64,000 nucleotides of DNA from a virus: the IMG/VR virus record IMGVR_UViG_3300007723_000001, positions 1-64,000 of that record; one strand, given 5' to 3'. A program made the translations under genes and the position numbers. Under the pieces are notes generated by a model. The model did no database searches, had not been told where the DNA came from, and saw nothing but the letters and a program-made list of their open reading frames with translations. Below, piece by piece: positions 51,517 to 62,341 of the stretch (positions are counted from its first letter, which is position 1; each line of letters opens with the position of its first letter).

Positions 51517-51990
51517 TTATGTAGGAGTTAGATTATTTATATCATCAAAGTTTACAATAGTGGAAACCTCATAAGTGAGTCCACTAATAGAATAATGAAT
51601 ATAAATATCAACAGAACTAGGACCGGTCAAAGCTAATCTAACACTATTAATCTTCACGTCATTAGGAGCATTAGATAAAGCTCTCTTAATATGATTATTC
51701 CCTCTACTTAACCAGTCATAAGTAACAGGTTCAGAAAGTTCTAAGTAGATAGCATTCCCATAAGGTAAATCTTTAATCCTTGATCCATATAAATCAATAA
51801 TCCAAGCTTTTATATAGGTAATAGGAGTCTTTAGAACTCTTGCTAGTAATTTATAAGAAGCTCTATTAGGATCATCTTCTACTAGATCTAGAACTTGATT
51901 AGACCTTACATTTCTATTTGAAATATCTTCTTCTAAATCAATAGGTTGTATTGCCAAATCTCCTTCATATAAAAGTAAATCAGTAGCCAT
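51517..51990 (-). CDS. gp25/gpW/Mu gp46-like baseplate sheath initiator
   Basis: DL....GDL, L.R.L.TP, YG..., I..AL; adjacent to gpJ. Confidence 0.7.
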   Translation of the reverse strand: MATDLLLYEGDLAIQPIDLEEDISNRNVRSNQVLDLVEDDPNRASYKLLARVLKTPITYIKAWIIDLYGSRIKDLPYGNAIYLELSEPVTYDWLSRGNNHIKRALSNAPNDVKINSVRLALTGPSSVDIYIHYSISGLTYEVSTIVNFDDINNLTPT

Positions 51991-52011
51991 AAATATAAAT
52001 TTTATTATTAG

Positions 52012-52383
52012 TTATGTTATTACCAAAGGTTGATATATAGAATGAGGAACTCCTATTATTAACCTTTTAGAGTCTTCTAAGATACCATATAATCTAGAAG
52101 TATAATGAGTGCCGTCCTTCAAAGTTAACCCAACTTTAATAGTATAAAACCCTTTATTAACGTCCCCTCTCCATTTAACAACTAACTCTCTAGCATTTAA
52201 TAGAGTCTCTCGTCTCCATAAAACTACTTCACAATACTTACAGTCATATTGAGCAGTGGAAGGGTTCCTGTTACTATAAACAATAGATGTAGTTAATTTT
52301 CCCTTTTTACCCGTGTCATTCCTTATTAAAAAAGCTATACCTCTATCAATAACTTTTGGTGCACTTATAAAGTTTTTTATCAT
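52012..52383 (-). CDS. Hypothetical protein
   Basis: 123-aa ORF in baseplate operon. Confidence 0.55.
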   Translation of the reverse strand: MIKNFISAPKVIDRGIAFLIRNDTGKKGKLTTSIVYSNRNPSTAQYDCKYCEVVLWRRETLLNARELVVKWRGDVNKGFYTIKVGLTLKDGTHYTSRLYGILEDSKRLIIGVPHSIYQPLVIT

Positions 52384-52412
52384 AAAGAGTTAAGAAATTA
52401 TTGATAATGCTT

Positions 52413-52964
52413 CTATTTAACTAGATAGGCATCTAAGGGATTTATAGTATAATAAAACCCTATGTCAGATATATTAAATTGTCTTATAACATTATTCTCA
52501 TCAATCAATCTTAATTTACTACAAGGACCTGATACTAAAGCCATACCTAATTTGGCTAGGTTATCCCAATCCACTACAGTGAAGTTCAATACAGTTGGGG
52601 TATAAATATCATCTCCATAATGTGGCTTTAGTTGAGTACCGTCCCTCATAAGAAAGAATTGTCTAATTTGTACTTGTATAGTATCTTTTGTCATTACTTG
52701 TAGCTTACCCTTATAGTTAAAAACTAAATAGCCACCTTCTATAAAATCTATAACCCTCACTGTAGAGTCTAAAGCATTACTTTTAGGTATAGGAAGACAC
52801 AGATCCTTAGGGTAATTTATTTCTAGTTTTCTTAACTTATATAATGTTTCTTTATCCTCTAATTTATCTATCACCTCTTCAGGCATTTCTCTTATAAGAT
52901 TTAAAGTCTGAGCTAATCTAGGTAACTGTTCTAATAAAGCAGCTATCTTTGTTCTCTCTTCCAT
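52413..52964 (-). CDS. Hypothetical protein
   Basis: 183-aa ORF overlapping the upstream gene. Confidence 0.55.
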   Translation of the reverse strand: MEERTKIAALLEQLPRLAQTLNLIREMPEEVIDKLEDKETLYKLRKLEINYPKDLCLPIPKSNALDSTVRVIDFIEGGYLVFNYKGKLQVMTKDTIQVQIRQFFLMRDGTQLKPHYGDDIYTPTVLNFTVVDWDNLAKLGMALVSGPCSKLRLIDENNVIRQFNISDIGFYYTINPLDAYLVK

Positions 52965-55900
52965 AACATTCTTTGAGATGTAATTTCTATAGTATTAATA
53001 GATTCTAATCCTTTACTATACCATCTATTACTATCCTTTATAGACAATGCAGAACCGTTGATTTTTATTTCCTCTACATTATTGAGAATAAGACTTCCAT
53101 CTCTTGTAGTCATTCTTAATTGTTTTACATTAGATAGAGAAGATATAAAATCAATTAATCTAATTTCACATTGTGCATCTTGGGTCTGAAGTATACCAAT
53201 AAGTTCTATAGGAGACACCCTGCCTGCTGTTTTTATATTACCTGAAGAATCCTCACGTAACTCTCTACCAGCTACAGGTATTACATTACCGAGAGAGCTC
53301 CAAGATCCATCCTGCTCTGTTTGAGCTTGTCTTATATCTTCAAAATTAATTAGATTGCCTGTTCTATCAAAAACAGCTCTCAATGCTTGGTCAACTCTAG
53401 TGACTTCAATTCCATCTGCATTTCTAATAGAATCTAGAATAGAGGTAAGAGGAACTATTTCGCCACTCTCTGTCTGTCCAAGTATCTTGTCCGGATCAGG
53501 TGAGTCGTTAGTTTCGTAAGCTATTATGTCGTTACTAGAATATCTTCTACTAGTAGAATTACCACAATCATTTATTGATGAAACTATTAAACTTCCATCA
53601 CTATTCATTTCTAAAGCTGTAATATTAGGATCAGAAAGGTCCAGTCTCCCTATAGATTCTAAGATGACACCTCTTACATTTCCTATTAAAGAATTCCAAG
53701 TACCCTCATTTATATTTGGATTATCTTCATAGTCAATATCTTCTATAGACGGGTCTTCTTGCTCATTAGGATTTAAAAGCTGACCTACTATGTCTTTAAC
53801 AGGAGCCTTCGGTTGATAATTAAATGGATCTGATGCTATACCAATAATATCTCCAACCCTATTAACAATATCTAAGCATCCTAGAATTGATGTCATTTGA
53901 GTAAGTATGGGTACGTCATTCTCATTCATCATAGATAGTAATTCAGGTATTGTCCCTAATGCCTCAACAGTACCCATAATTGCAGAAGCATTATTTACCA
54001 GACCTTGAATTCTACCTATACTTCCTTCCCCTAATATATTATCTACTATAGAAGATAAGCTTCCATTAGTTATAAGATCAGCTACATTACCAGATTGAAT
54101 GCTTTCTAATAGTGGCTGTATATTATCTAAAATAGGTAAACCTATAGAATCCCCTAAGGTGTAAAGTAATTGTGAAGATATATTTTCTATACCATCACCA
54201 CTAATAATACCTGAAGCTATGGTTTTAGCTATATTGACAATGCTATTGTCTCCTATAGGTAGAGATTGTATCGCAGAAAATATGGAGTCAGTATCGCCCT
54301 CTAATAGTCCAGCTATATCCGAGGGAATATATTTACTTATTTCAGGTAATAAATTATCAGCTAAAGTTAAAATAGCATCTTCTATATTAGGAGTATCAGA
54401 CATTAAACTACAACCAACATCTACTAAAGAAGATAATCCGGGGACTCCACTATCTCCTTGCCTTAGTTTCTCTATGACTGATACTGCAGAATTACCTAAC
54501 CCTATTAAAGTAGATAAATTAGTAATCTGACTAGTTATATTATCTAAACCTTGGTTAATCTGTTCAGTACATTCATCTGATTCTAATGCTGATAAGTCTC
54601 TTAAACTCCTTTCCCATATAGAAGATCTTGATTCATCTACAGGTATCTCAATTGGCATATCAACATCTGTACCAATAGCCCCTAATAATATTGATGTTTC
54701 TTCGAATGACTCTCTAACAATATTCATTAAGGATGATGGTACTCCTCTCTGAGTTAGAATAGATTCAAAATCAGAGTTATGAGGATTTAAGGTAGTAGCT
54801 CCCTCCTCACCTTGCATTACTATATCGGTTATTGAAGAGGCTTCAGTTACAGTTAATCCTTTATTATTTAGAGAATTAAGTAAAGCAGATCTTGATACTC
54901 TAGCTAATAAACCAAATCTACCTTTATCATTTTCATTAGTTATATTGTCTAAAGGATCTTGATCTTCAGTACTAGCCGACTGTTCTAAATCTTCTATATC
55001 ATCTGGTTCTTCTTCATCTGGATCTCTATAAGCAGGACCTATGTATACCCCAGGCATATAAGAAATAATATTATCTCTTGACATGCGTCCTTCGATACCT
55101 GATGTAGTAGTTTGTTGTTGACTTAACGTGGATGATTGTTCAGAAAGAGATATTCTATTGCTATATTCAGAATTAAAAGCAGTAGAAACTTGGTTCGGAT
55201 TTTCTTCTGATTGCTCTCTTTCTAATTCCCTTGAAAGATTACTTGAACCTCTTCTCTCTAAAGAATCTAATATATCATTCTCATGAATATTAAGATCATC
55301 TTCATCAGTTCTTTCTCTACGATTCTCCCTTTTGTACTGAGGTGGTATACAACTTTCTAAATCTTCATCTCCAAAAGAAGTTAGTCTTTCAGGAAAGTGT
55401 AAAAGTGATAAGAATTCCGGCAACTCTAAGTTAGGTAATAATTGATCTACTATACTCATGACATTAGCAAAGTCTCCTAAAAATCCTCCTAGAAAACTTA
55501 TACCTCCCATATAAGTAGTTGCCGGGCTACCTATATTACCTATCTGTGTATATAGGCCGTGTAGTACATTACCAGCTTGACTAAAGTTTATAGATTTACC
55601 AGTGTTATCAATAAGACTCATAGCCCTAGGAGTTACAGTTGCAACACTATTACTAGAAGTAGTAACTTGATTCCTTCCCACTATACCTACTTGTTCTGTA
55701 GATACTAGACTAGAACCTTGAGGAGAAAGACTTAGAACATTCTGTGCAGATGGACTAGTGGATGAAGCTCCAGATAAATTAGATATAAATCCAGATAGGA
55801 AAGAAGGAGACTCAATAGAACCATTAGACGTAGTCGCTCCTACAGATAAAGTCATAGTATTACCTACTCTATGAGTAGATATATTTTCTACAAACTCTTC

Positions 55901-56800
55901 TTTATCAGTAGTATGGACTTCTTCTCTTTGAGATTCGGTATGACCAATAGCCCTTGCGAACTGTTGACTTTGACTAGAGTAGTTACTATACCTAGAGCTT
56001 CTATCTTCATGAGATTCAGTAGAAACGTTTATACTCTTTTCAGTGACCCCTATATGTCTACGACTATTAATGACATTAGAACCAGTTGTAACATTATTAA
56101 CTTCAGATTCACTATTGTTAATCTCTGTTCTATTGCTGTAAATAGTAGAATGATTTAATAGAATTGGAGCAATGTTACTAACGGGACCTAAAGAACTAGT
56201 AACTATGGAACCAGAAGAACCAATTCGTATTCCGGCTCCACGATCCATAATACTAATAGCACCTTGTCTTTCAGCTGATTCAATAAACATTTCAGCACCA
56301 CGTCTGGAGAGGTCAATAGTTCTTCTTAAAACATCTGTAACTGATTCTCCATCAATAGTATCTTTTATATTTTTATTATTAGCATTATCGTTACTAAGAG
56401 AGGATACTTGTTCTACTTTGTCAGTAGTTCTATTAGTTAGATTATAAGTGGTTTGCTGTAGTTGATCATTACTTTGAATTAATGGTTGGTTTCCCAACAC
56501 TTCCCTAACAGCAAATAGATTACCAAAGTCTTGTTTATTAGAACGAATAGAAGGTTGACCTAAAGAAAGACCTTCACTATCACTCTTATTATCAATAAAA
56601 CTTTGAGATAAGGTATTAACATCTACAGTGCTGTTAGATAGACCTATTTGTACTGCTTTTTTAGTATTATTAATAATTGATGAGAAAGCCTCATAATGCT
56701 TTTTCACATAAGGTTCTCCTAGATTCGGAGTACTAGTAGTTCCAAAAGTATATCCTTCTGGCATTTCTCCTTTAGACAAAGATTCTATAATAGGATTCAT
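52943..56800 (-). CDS. Large acidic protein with putative gp5-type beta-helix region (spike-related)
   Basis: aa ~175-430 are S/T/N/V-rich short strands with VG turns; followed by acidic linker and Gly/Leu helical repeats; directly upstream of gp25/gpJ genes. Confidence 0.45.
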   Translation of the reverse strand: MNPIIESLSKGEMPEGYTFGTTSTPNLGEPYVKKHYEAFSSIINNTKKAVQIGLSNSTVDVNTLSQSFIDNKSDSEGLSLGQPSIRSNKQDFGNLFAVREVLGNQPLIQSNDQLQQTTYNLTNRTTDKVEQVSSLSNDNANNKNIKDTIDGESVTDVLRRTIDLSRRGAEMFIESAERQGAISIMDRGAGIRIGSSGSIVTSSLGPVSNIAPILLNHSTIYSNRTEINNSESEVNNVTTGSNVINSRRHIGVTEKSINVSTESHEDRSSRYSNYSSQSQQFARAIGHTESQREEVHTTDKEEFVENISTHRVGNTMTLSVGATTSNGSIESPSFLSGFISNLSGASSTSPSAQNVLSLSPQGSSLVSTEQVGIVGRNQVTTSSNSVATVTPRAMSLIDNTGKSINFSQAGNVLHGLYTQIGNIGSPATTYMGGISFLGGFLGDFANVMSIVDQLLPNLELPEFLSLLHFPERLTSFGDEDLESCIPPQYKRENRRERTDEDDLNIHENDILDSLERRGSSNLSRELEREQSEENPNQVSTAFNSEYSNRISLSEQSSTLSQQQTTTSGIEGRMSRDNIISYMPGVYIGPAYRDPDEEEPDDIEDLEQSASTEDQDPLDNITNENDKGRFGLLARVSRSALLNSLNNKGLTVTEASSITDIVMQGEEGATTLNPHNSDFESILTQRGVPSSLMNIVRESFEETSILLGAIGTDVDMPIEIPVDESRSSIWERSLRDLSALESDECTEQINQGLDNITSQITNLSTLIGLGNSAVSVIEKLRQGDSGVPGLSSLVDVGCSLMSDTPNIEDAILTLADNLLPEISKYIPSDIAGLLEGDTDSIFSAIQSLPIGDNSIVNIAKTIASGIISGDGIENISSQLLYTLGDSIGLPILDNIQPLLESIQSGNVADLITNGSLSSIVDNILGEGSIGRIQGLVNNASAIMGTVEALGTIPELLSMMNENDVPILTQMTSILGCLDIVNRVGDIIGIASDPFNYQPKAPVKDIVGQLLNPNEQEDPSIEDIDYEDNPNINEGTWNSLIGNVRGVILESIGRLDLSDPNITALEMNSDGSLIVSSINDCGNSTSRRYSSNDIIAYETNDSPDPDKILGQTESGEIVPLTSILDSIRNADGIEVTRVDQALRAVFDRTGNLINFEDIRQAQTEQDGSWSSLGNVIPVAGRELREDSSGNIKTAGRVSPIELIGILQTQDAQCEIRLIDFISSLSNVKQLRMTTRDGSLILNNVEEIKINGSALSIKDSNRWYSKGLESINTIEITSQRMLWKREQR

Positions 56801-57014
56801 CTATTTAATAATTTCATAAATACTAGTCATATATTCCTTATAATATAGAACATTAGAATAAACTATATTTTCATGTACTTAAGGATAGATATACAAAATG
56901 ATTTGATTAGCAATACTTACTAAAAATAAATACTTATAAGGCACTATTTGTTTTACGTATTAATAAGTATTAAAAGATATAAATTATAAACTAATTCAAT
57001 ATTAATTAAGTCAT

Positions 57015-60000
57015 ATGAACATGCCAATACCCCGCGTTCAGTTTATTGAACAAAATGAGGGGTTTTCACCAGTTAGACCTACAGTTACTAATAGAATAGG
57101 AATCATTGGTCCTTTCAGTAGAGGACCTGCCAATAGACTGAGATTAATATCAGGCTATACTGATTTCGCAAATACTTATGGTTCAGATGGAGCAATAGGC
57201 TCATTAGCGTTTCAATCAGCTTGGGATCAAGGAGCCCGAGACTTTGGCTGTCTAAGAATATTAGGTAGAGGTAAATCAGCCGTAGGTAAAATAGATTTCA
57301 GTGGCTACTCTTCTAAAAAGAACGATATGATCTTTTTAATGAAGTTTATAGGGCCCGCTACTAAAAGATCTGAAAGAGCTTTAAGGTCTAACATAATGAC
57401 CAGTGGGGATTTTACTGATGGTAATAGTGGTAGATTTTGGTTTAAGGTTGATAAGGTCGATGATGATGATTTTATATATATAAGATATGTATTTATTGCT
57501 GATGGTCAAGAAGGACTTATAAATTGGAATCCTGTTACTAGAGATCCGAACAGTATAGCTTTAGACTCAACTTTCCCTTCAACTTTAGCTAATAAAGTTT
57601 TAGCAGAAGCATCACAACAAAGTTCTATATCTACATCTGTACTTCAAATAGTAGGTGCAGAGAAACGGAATTTTGCGAATGGTTGTCTTGAATTACCTAA
57701 ACCCGGTGAAGCCTGTACAGCAGCAATAGTGCAAGGATGGAGAGTTATAGTAGAAGCTGGTTCTATGCGTTGGACATATCATATAGACAACGCAGGTCAA
57801 AATATAAGATTTGATGCATCTAATAGTGGCTATATAGGTACTATTCCTATCACAGTCCCAGGTACAACTCAAGGTAATGATTCTTACAACACTGCCATAT
57901 GGGGTCAAGAGATCACTATAACTACTACAGGAGTAACAAATAGTAAAGATGCAGTCTTAGCAACAGCTACTACTTCGGGAGTTATATACCCTTCAGTATT
58001 TCATGTAGAAGATTATTTTGTAGTAAATAAATCTGATACAGGGGTACCCTTTGCTGTTGATAAAGGAGTATTCTTAACGTTTGATACCTTAAATACTGGA
58101 GATGGTGTTGATCTATCTCCTGGAGATATATGGTCAGTAAGAATATTGAGTAAAGAATATACTATACCTATTCATGAAGAAGCTGTCCCTAGTCAAGTAG
58201 TAACAGCATTTGCATCAGTAATGTCTGGAGAAGATCCTGTGGGTGAAATAAAAAGAAATGAAACTGATACAGGATTATTATTTGAGTTAGAACCAGAATG
58301 GGTAGGTATAGAAGGTAATAACTGGAATTACTATTTAGATCTTGCTGAGCCAGATGGTGAAGTAGTATGCGAAGGATCCTTCTTTAGTGGTGAAAGATAC
58401 ATACAAGTCCCTATAAGATTTGCGACTTATATACAAGAGGGGGCTCAAGTAACCACATTAGAAAAGCCTGGCATATACGGTGTATATAATATATCTAATC
58501 CTTTCGATCCTTTATCTCCTACGTCCAATCCTAATAAGCCAGTAATTTCTTCTAATACAAAAGTTGTAAGAGTAGAAGCACCAATAACTGGTGGGGGTAT
58601 GGCAGTAATATGGTTAGATAAACCTATAGAAATGGACTTTGATAGTATAGCGGTATTTCACTTTGCTAATCCATTAGGATTATCTATGACGCATTACACT
58701 CAACATCAAGCTACATTTATGCAGGGAGGTGAAGATCCACCTAGAAGAGCCACTAGAACTCTCTATACTTTAGGTGGGGTTGGTTTAATACAATTGTTTG
58801 CTAACAGTGAGGGGCAATGGGGTAATCAATTGAGGATAGGTGTGTACCCCGAAAGCAGTAGGACTATAAGAATTACTATAAGGGATCTAGATTCTGATAA
58901 TTACGATCCACCATTACAAGATGAAGTATTTGTAATCTCTTTAGATCAAACAGATGATAATGGAGTTCTAACTCAACTAAATGCTTCTAAATTTATTAGA
59001 GGTATATTCATTCCTAAGGCTAGAAACCCATCGTTCAATATAAAGTACTTAACGATGAGTCCTATGAGATTAGCTCCTTCTGATCAGAATATAATTGACC
59101 CTGAAGATCCAGCCTATCCCGATAACTACGGTCCTGAATATATGTCTAGTTTTTCTTTAGAAGACGGATATGATGGACCTCCACTAAATGCAGAGGATTA
59201 CATCTCGGGTTTAAATTTGATAAAAGATGAACCCATACATATGATTACCACTCCCGGCTTATATAATAGTAGGGAAGTAAAAGCTCAGATGTTAGCACAG
59301 GCAAAGTCAGCTACGGAGATAGAAGGTATGAGAATAGCTATCTTAAATGCTAGACCTGGATTAACTCCCGAAGCTTCTCATAATGAAACTTTCGGATTTG
59401 ATTCTCCACATGGTGTAATGGTAGCTGGTTGGGGAACATATATGGGAAGAGTAGGTGCGCCTAGAGGAGGTCAAAGTCCTGATGCCTATCTAGCAGGAAA
59501 ATTAGCAGCTACTCCTTACTTTATAGGACCTAATGCTAAGACTAGTGCAGGAGCTGTATTTGGAGTTGCGGAATTAGATACTATGCCTCATTCTAGTAAA
59601 GGTAAATTGCAAAGGTTTACTGATGCCAGATTGGAAGTTTTACATTTAGATAGAATACTTAATAGATTTAGCTTCTTAAATGGTAGGACCTTATCTACTG
59701 ATACTCAATGGGATAAAGTTAGTTACAGAAGAACCTTTAATGTTATAAGGACTGACTTGTCTAAAGTAATGTATCCTTATTTGAGCGAACCAAATACTCC
59801 TAGAAATCATACGAGAATGGCCTCAGCTATAGATGCCTACATGAGTCAAAGGAAAAGGAATGGTCAAATAAGTAGTGCCACTAATGCCTCTGTAAATAGT
59901 CCTAATCCAGCATCTGGTCTTGTTGAAATAAGAGTTAGTATCATTCCTATTTATGCTATGGATTATATAGATATCTACTTAATAAGAGATGATATAGGCT

Positions 60001-60023
60001 CACCCACTAGACCTTTAGTTTAG
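57015..60023 (+). CDS. Tail sheath protein (enlarged, 1002 aa)
   Basis: P.V.F.E, IIG.F.RGP, F...YG, G.WGN.L.I, DGYDG, PG.Y, GRTLS....W..V..RR, YL.EPN, P..A.DYI. Confidence 0.92.
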   Translation: MNMPIPRVQFIEQNEGFSPVRPTVTNRIGIIGPFSRGPANRLRLISGYTDFANTYGSDGAIGSLAFQSAWDQGARDFGCLRILGRGKSAVGKIDFSGYSSKKNDMIFLMKFIGPATKRSERALRSNIMTSGDFTDGNSGRFWFKVDKVDDDDFIYIRYVFIADGQEGLINWNPVTRDPNSIALDSTFPSTLANKVLAEASQQSSISTSVLQIVGAEKRNFANGCLELPKPGEACTAAIVQGWRVIVEAGSMRWTYHIDNAGQNIRFDASNSGYIGTIPITVPGTTQGNDSYNTAIWGQEITITTTGVTNSKDAVLATATTSGVIYPSVFHVEDYFVVNKSDTGVPFAVDKGVFLTFDTLNTGDGVDLSPGDIWSVRILSKEYTIPIHEEAVPSQVVTAFASVMSGEDPVGEIKRNETDTGLLFELEPEWVGIEGNNWNYYLDLAEPDGEVVCEGSFFSGERYIQVPIRFATYIQEGAQVTTLEKPGIYGVYNISNPFDPLSPTSNPNKPVISSNTKVVRVEAPITGGGMAVIWLDKPIEMDFDSIAVFHFANPLGLSMTHYTQHQATFMQGGEDPPRRATRTLYTLGGVGLIQLFANSEGQWGNQLRIGVYPESSRTIRITIRDLDSDNYDPPLQDEVFVISLDQTDDNGVLTQLNASKFIRGIFIPKARNPSFNIKYLTMSPMRLAPSDQNIIDPEDPAYPDNYGPEYMSSFSLEDGYDGPPLNAEDYISGLNLIKDEPIHMITTPGLYNSREVKAQMLAQAKSATEIEGMRIAILNARPGLTPEASHNETFGFDSPHGVMVAGWGTYMGRVGAPRGGQSPDAYLAGKLAATPYFIGPNAKTSAGAVFGVAELDTMPHSSKGKLQRFTDARLEVLHLDRILNRFSFLNGRTLSTDTQWDKVSYRRTFNVIRTDLSKVMYPYLSEPNTPRNHTRMASAIDAYMSQRKRNGQISSATNASVNSPNPASGLVEIRVSIIPIYAMDYIDIYLIRDDIGSPTRPLV

Positions 60024-60089
60024 AGAATTAATATATTGAAAGTTAGTAATGAAATACACACTCGCATTCACATTATCCTTGAGCTAACT

Positions 60090-60734
60090 ATGCCTTTTGA
60101 TTATTATACTTGGGTTAACGATAATTCTACTAATGAAAATACATGGTTTGGTGTATTTCAATCTTTAACTTTGTATATTAAAAATCCTAAAGAAATCCAT
60201 TTAGATTCTGTACAAACAAGTTCTACTACATTAAGCAATAAAGGTCGAATAGAATGGGTGTTAGAAACAGGAATGGTATATATGGGTTTTGTTGAAAGAA
60301 GCTTTGGAGTCTCTTGTATTAGAAAAGATATTTACCCTACTAAAGGTCCTAGATTTCAAATATCCTTTGATACAGCATTCACTCCTGATATCTTAATAAG
60401 CCCTACACTACAAGAAGTTAATGAAGACTCCTTAATTATTAGTTCTAATAAAAAGGATAGATTCAATAAACTAAGTTTTGAAGAACACTTCCTTTCTAAT
60501 TCCTTAGAATCTAACCTCTATAAACATCTTGACAATAACTCTAGAATTAAAGAGACAGGTAGGTATGATTTACTAAATGCTAAAGTAGATTGTTTATCTT
60601 TAGGATTAATGCCAGGTAGACGCGTAGCTGCTATCCGTTGGGAAGGAGTAGCAGAAGGAGTATGTTATCAAACAGAACCAATTCAAAAGTTCATTAGGAG
60701 TGAACAATCCAACAGTAAAATAACTACTAAATAG
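60090..60734 (+). CDS. Tail tube paralog 1 (likely start ATG 60090)
   Basis: FDYYTWV, WFGVFQSLTL, WVLETGM, FQISFD, GRYD, WEGVAEG shared with the 60858 ORF. Confidence 0.7.
   Translation: MPFDYYTWVNDNSTNENTWFGVFQSLTLYIKNPKEIHLDSVQTSSTTLSNKGRIEWVLETGMVYMGFVERSFGVSCIRKDIYPTKGPRFQISFDTAFTPDILISPTLQEVNEDSLIISSNKKDRFNKLSFEEHFLSNSLESNLYKHLDNNSRIKETGRYDLLNAKVDCLSLGLMPGRRVAAIRWEGVAEGVCYQTEPIQKFIRSEQSNSKITTK
60593..60677 (+). repeat. 85-nt repeat shared with 61451-61535 (79/85 identical)
   Basis: Direct comparison of the tube paralog 3' regions. Confidence 0.9.
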
Positions 60735-60857
60735 ATTTGGATTATTAATATCTAAATAACAAACAATTTATAGATTACATTGATTTTTGTATTTTAAGAG
60801 ATGATAAAAGTTCGTCTATTTAATCAATTAAAAAAATTATCAACAGTTTAATTAATT

Positions 60858-61679
60858 ATGCCTTTTGAAGTACCTGAACATCAAGATTCGTTATATTGTT
60901 CACCAGTTAATAATACTGGCTTAGACCCATTACAAGGTTTTGACTTCTTTGTATGGGTTCAAGATGTTTGTACTGGTAAAGTAGCGTGGTTTGGTTTATT
61001 CCAATCCCTAACTCTTTCTATAAGAGATGCTACTGAAACATATCTAGAACTAGGGCAAAGGATACCAATACATCTAAATGGTGAAATTCAAATAGCCTGG
61101 GTACTGGAACAAGGAATGGTCGACATGGGCTTTATTGAAAGAACCTTTGGAGTCTCTTGTATTAGAAGAGATATGTATATTACTAGAGGTCCTAGATTCC
61201 AAATATCCTTTGACGCACATGCCGCTGAATTGGAACAAGCAGCTGAGTATACTGCAGATGGTGTATTAGATAGAACTCAAGGAGACGCAACGGGTACTGG
61301 GTCAGGAGAACAAGGTGCAGGTTATAGATGGGGTGCAGATGAATATTTTACTTGGGATAGAGGAGAGTATGCTTCTTATGGAGATTCTGATAAACCTGCA
61401 AGACCAAGAGCTACTGGTAGATACGATGTATTAAGAGCTAAAGTTGACTCTTTATCTCTAGGATTAATGCCCGGTAGACGTGTAGCTGCTATCCGTTGGG
61501 AAGGGGTAGCAGAAGGGATATGTTATCAAACAGAAACAGTCCAGAGGTTTAAGAAAGAAAGACAAAACAAAAATGCTTCTGCTGGTGGATTTATTACTGG
61601 TAGTAACGGGGAGATTATAGGAACCCCTAGAGGCTCGGCTCCTTCACAAGCCAATAATGGGAACTTTGTATGGCAATAA
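60858..61679 (+). CDS. Major tail tube protein
   Basis: Follows sheath; G.FQSLT..I..ATE.Y.ELG...P..L.GEI.I pattern of myovirus tubes; highly expressed codon usage. Confidence 0.8.
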   Translation: MPFEVPEHQDSLYCSPVNNTGLDPLQGFDFFVWVQDVCTGKVAWFGLFQSLTLSIRDATETYLELGQRIPIHLNGEIQIAWVLEQGMVDMGFIERTFGVSCIRRDMYITRGPRFQISFDAHAAELEQAAEYTADGVLDRTQGDATGTGSGEQGAGYRWGADEYFTWDRGEYASYGDSDKPARPRATGRYDVLRAKVDSLSLGLMPGRRVAAIRWEGVAEGICYQTETVQRFKKERQNKNASAGGFITGSNGEIIGTPRGSAPSQANNGNFVWQ

Positions 61680-61731
61680 AATTTCCATAATAAATATATA
61701 AATTTAAATACATTTTCTTTTAGCTCATTTA

Positions 61732-62286
61732 TTGTATATTAATTATTACGTACATATAATGAGCTATTTTAATATTCATATGAATAAACCATCTAATACC
61801 AACAATTATGATTTCGTAGTGTGGGAAGATAATCAAGATCAGATTAGACGATTCGGCTTCTTTGAAACCTTAGTCTTATCTGTAAGTGAAGTTAATGAGA
61901 ATGTTCATCCTGATAAGTTAGTTATTAATTGGGTACTAGAAAAAGGCATGATGGCTACAGATAAAGTTAAAGAGATATTGGATCTAGAAGAATTAGAATT
62001 AAATGAAAGTATTCTGGTAGAAGACCCAAATGAAATAAATTTTCAAATATCATTTGATTGTATAGATAATATATTAAAACCTGGTAATAAAGTTTTAAAA
62101 GGAAATCCAGGAAGATACGACATCATAGATTGTAGTATAAAATCTATGATTATACACAATGAGATAAGTGATAAATCCTTAAGGATAAAGGAAATAAAAG
62201 GCAGTTCTACTCAATATCTATTTACTGAAGGTAAAGATATTTCTTACATATTGAATCCTAGTAAGGTTAACGAACGTTACAATTAA
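61732..62286 (+). CDS. Tail tube paralog 3 (diverged; true start probably 61759 or 61780)
   Basis: YDFVVW, FG.F..L.LS, WVLEKGM, FQISFD, GRYD. Confidence 0.6.
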   Translation: MYINYYVHIMSYFNIHMNKPSNTNNYDFVVWEDNQDQIRRFGFFETLVLSVSEVNENVHPDKLVINWVLEKGMMATDKVKEILDLEELELNESILVEDPNEINFQISFDCIDNILKPGNKVLKGNPGRYDIIDCSIKSMIIHNEISDKSLRIKEIKGSSTQYLFTEGKDISYILNPSKVNERYN

Positions 62287-62341
62287 TTCAATAAATATTG
62301 ATAATCATATTATTCTTAGTAATCCACTCAAAGATATATAT

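Noticed and set aside
12642-57908. Other short ORFs (60-112 aa) antisense to long genes
   Set aside because: Nested opposite well-supported genes, no motifs
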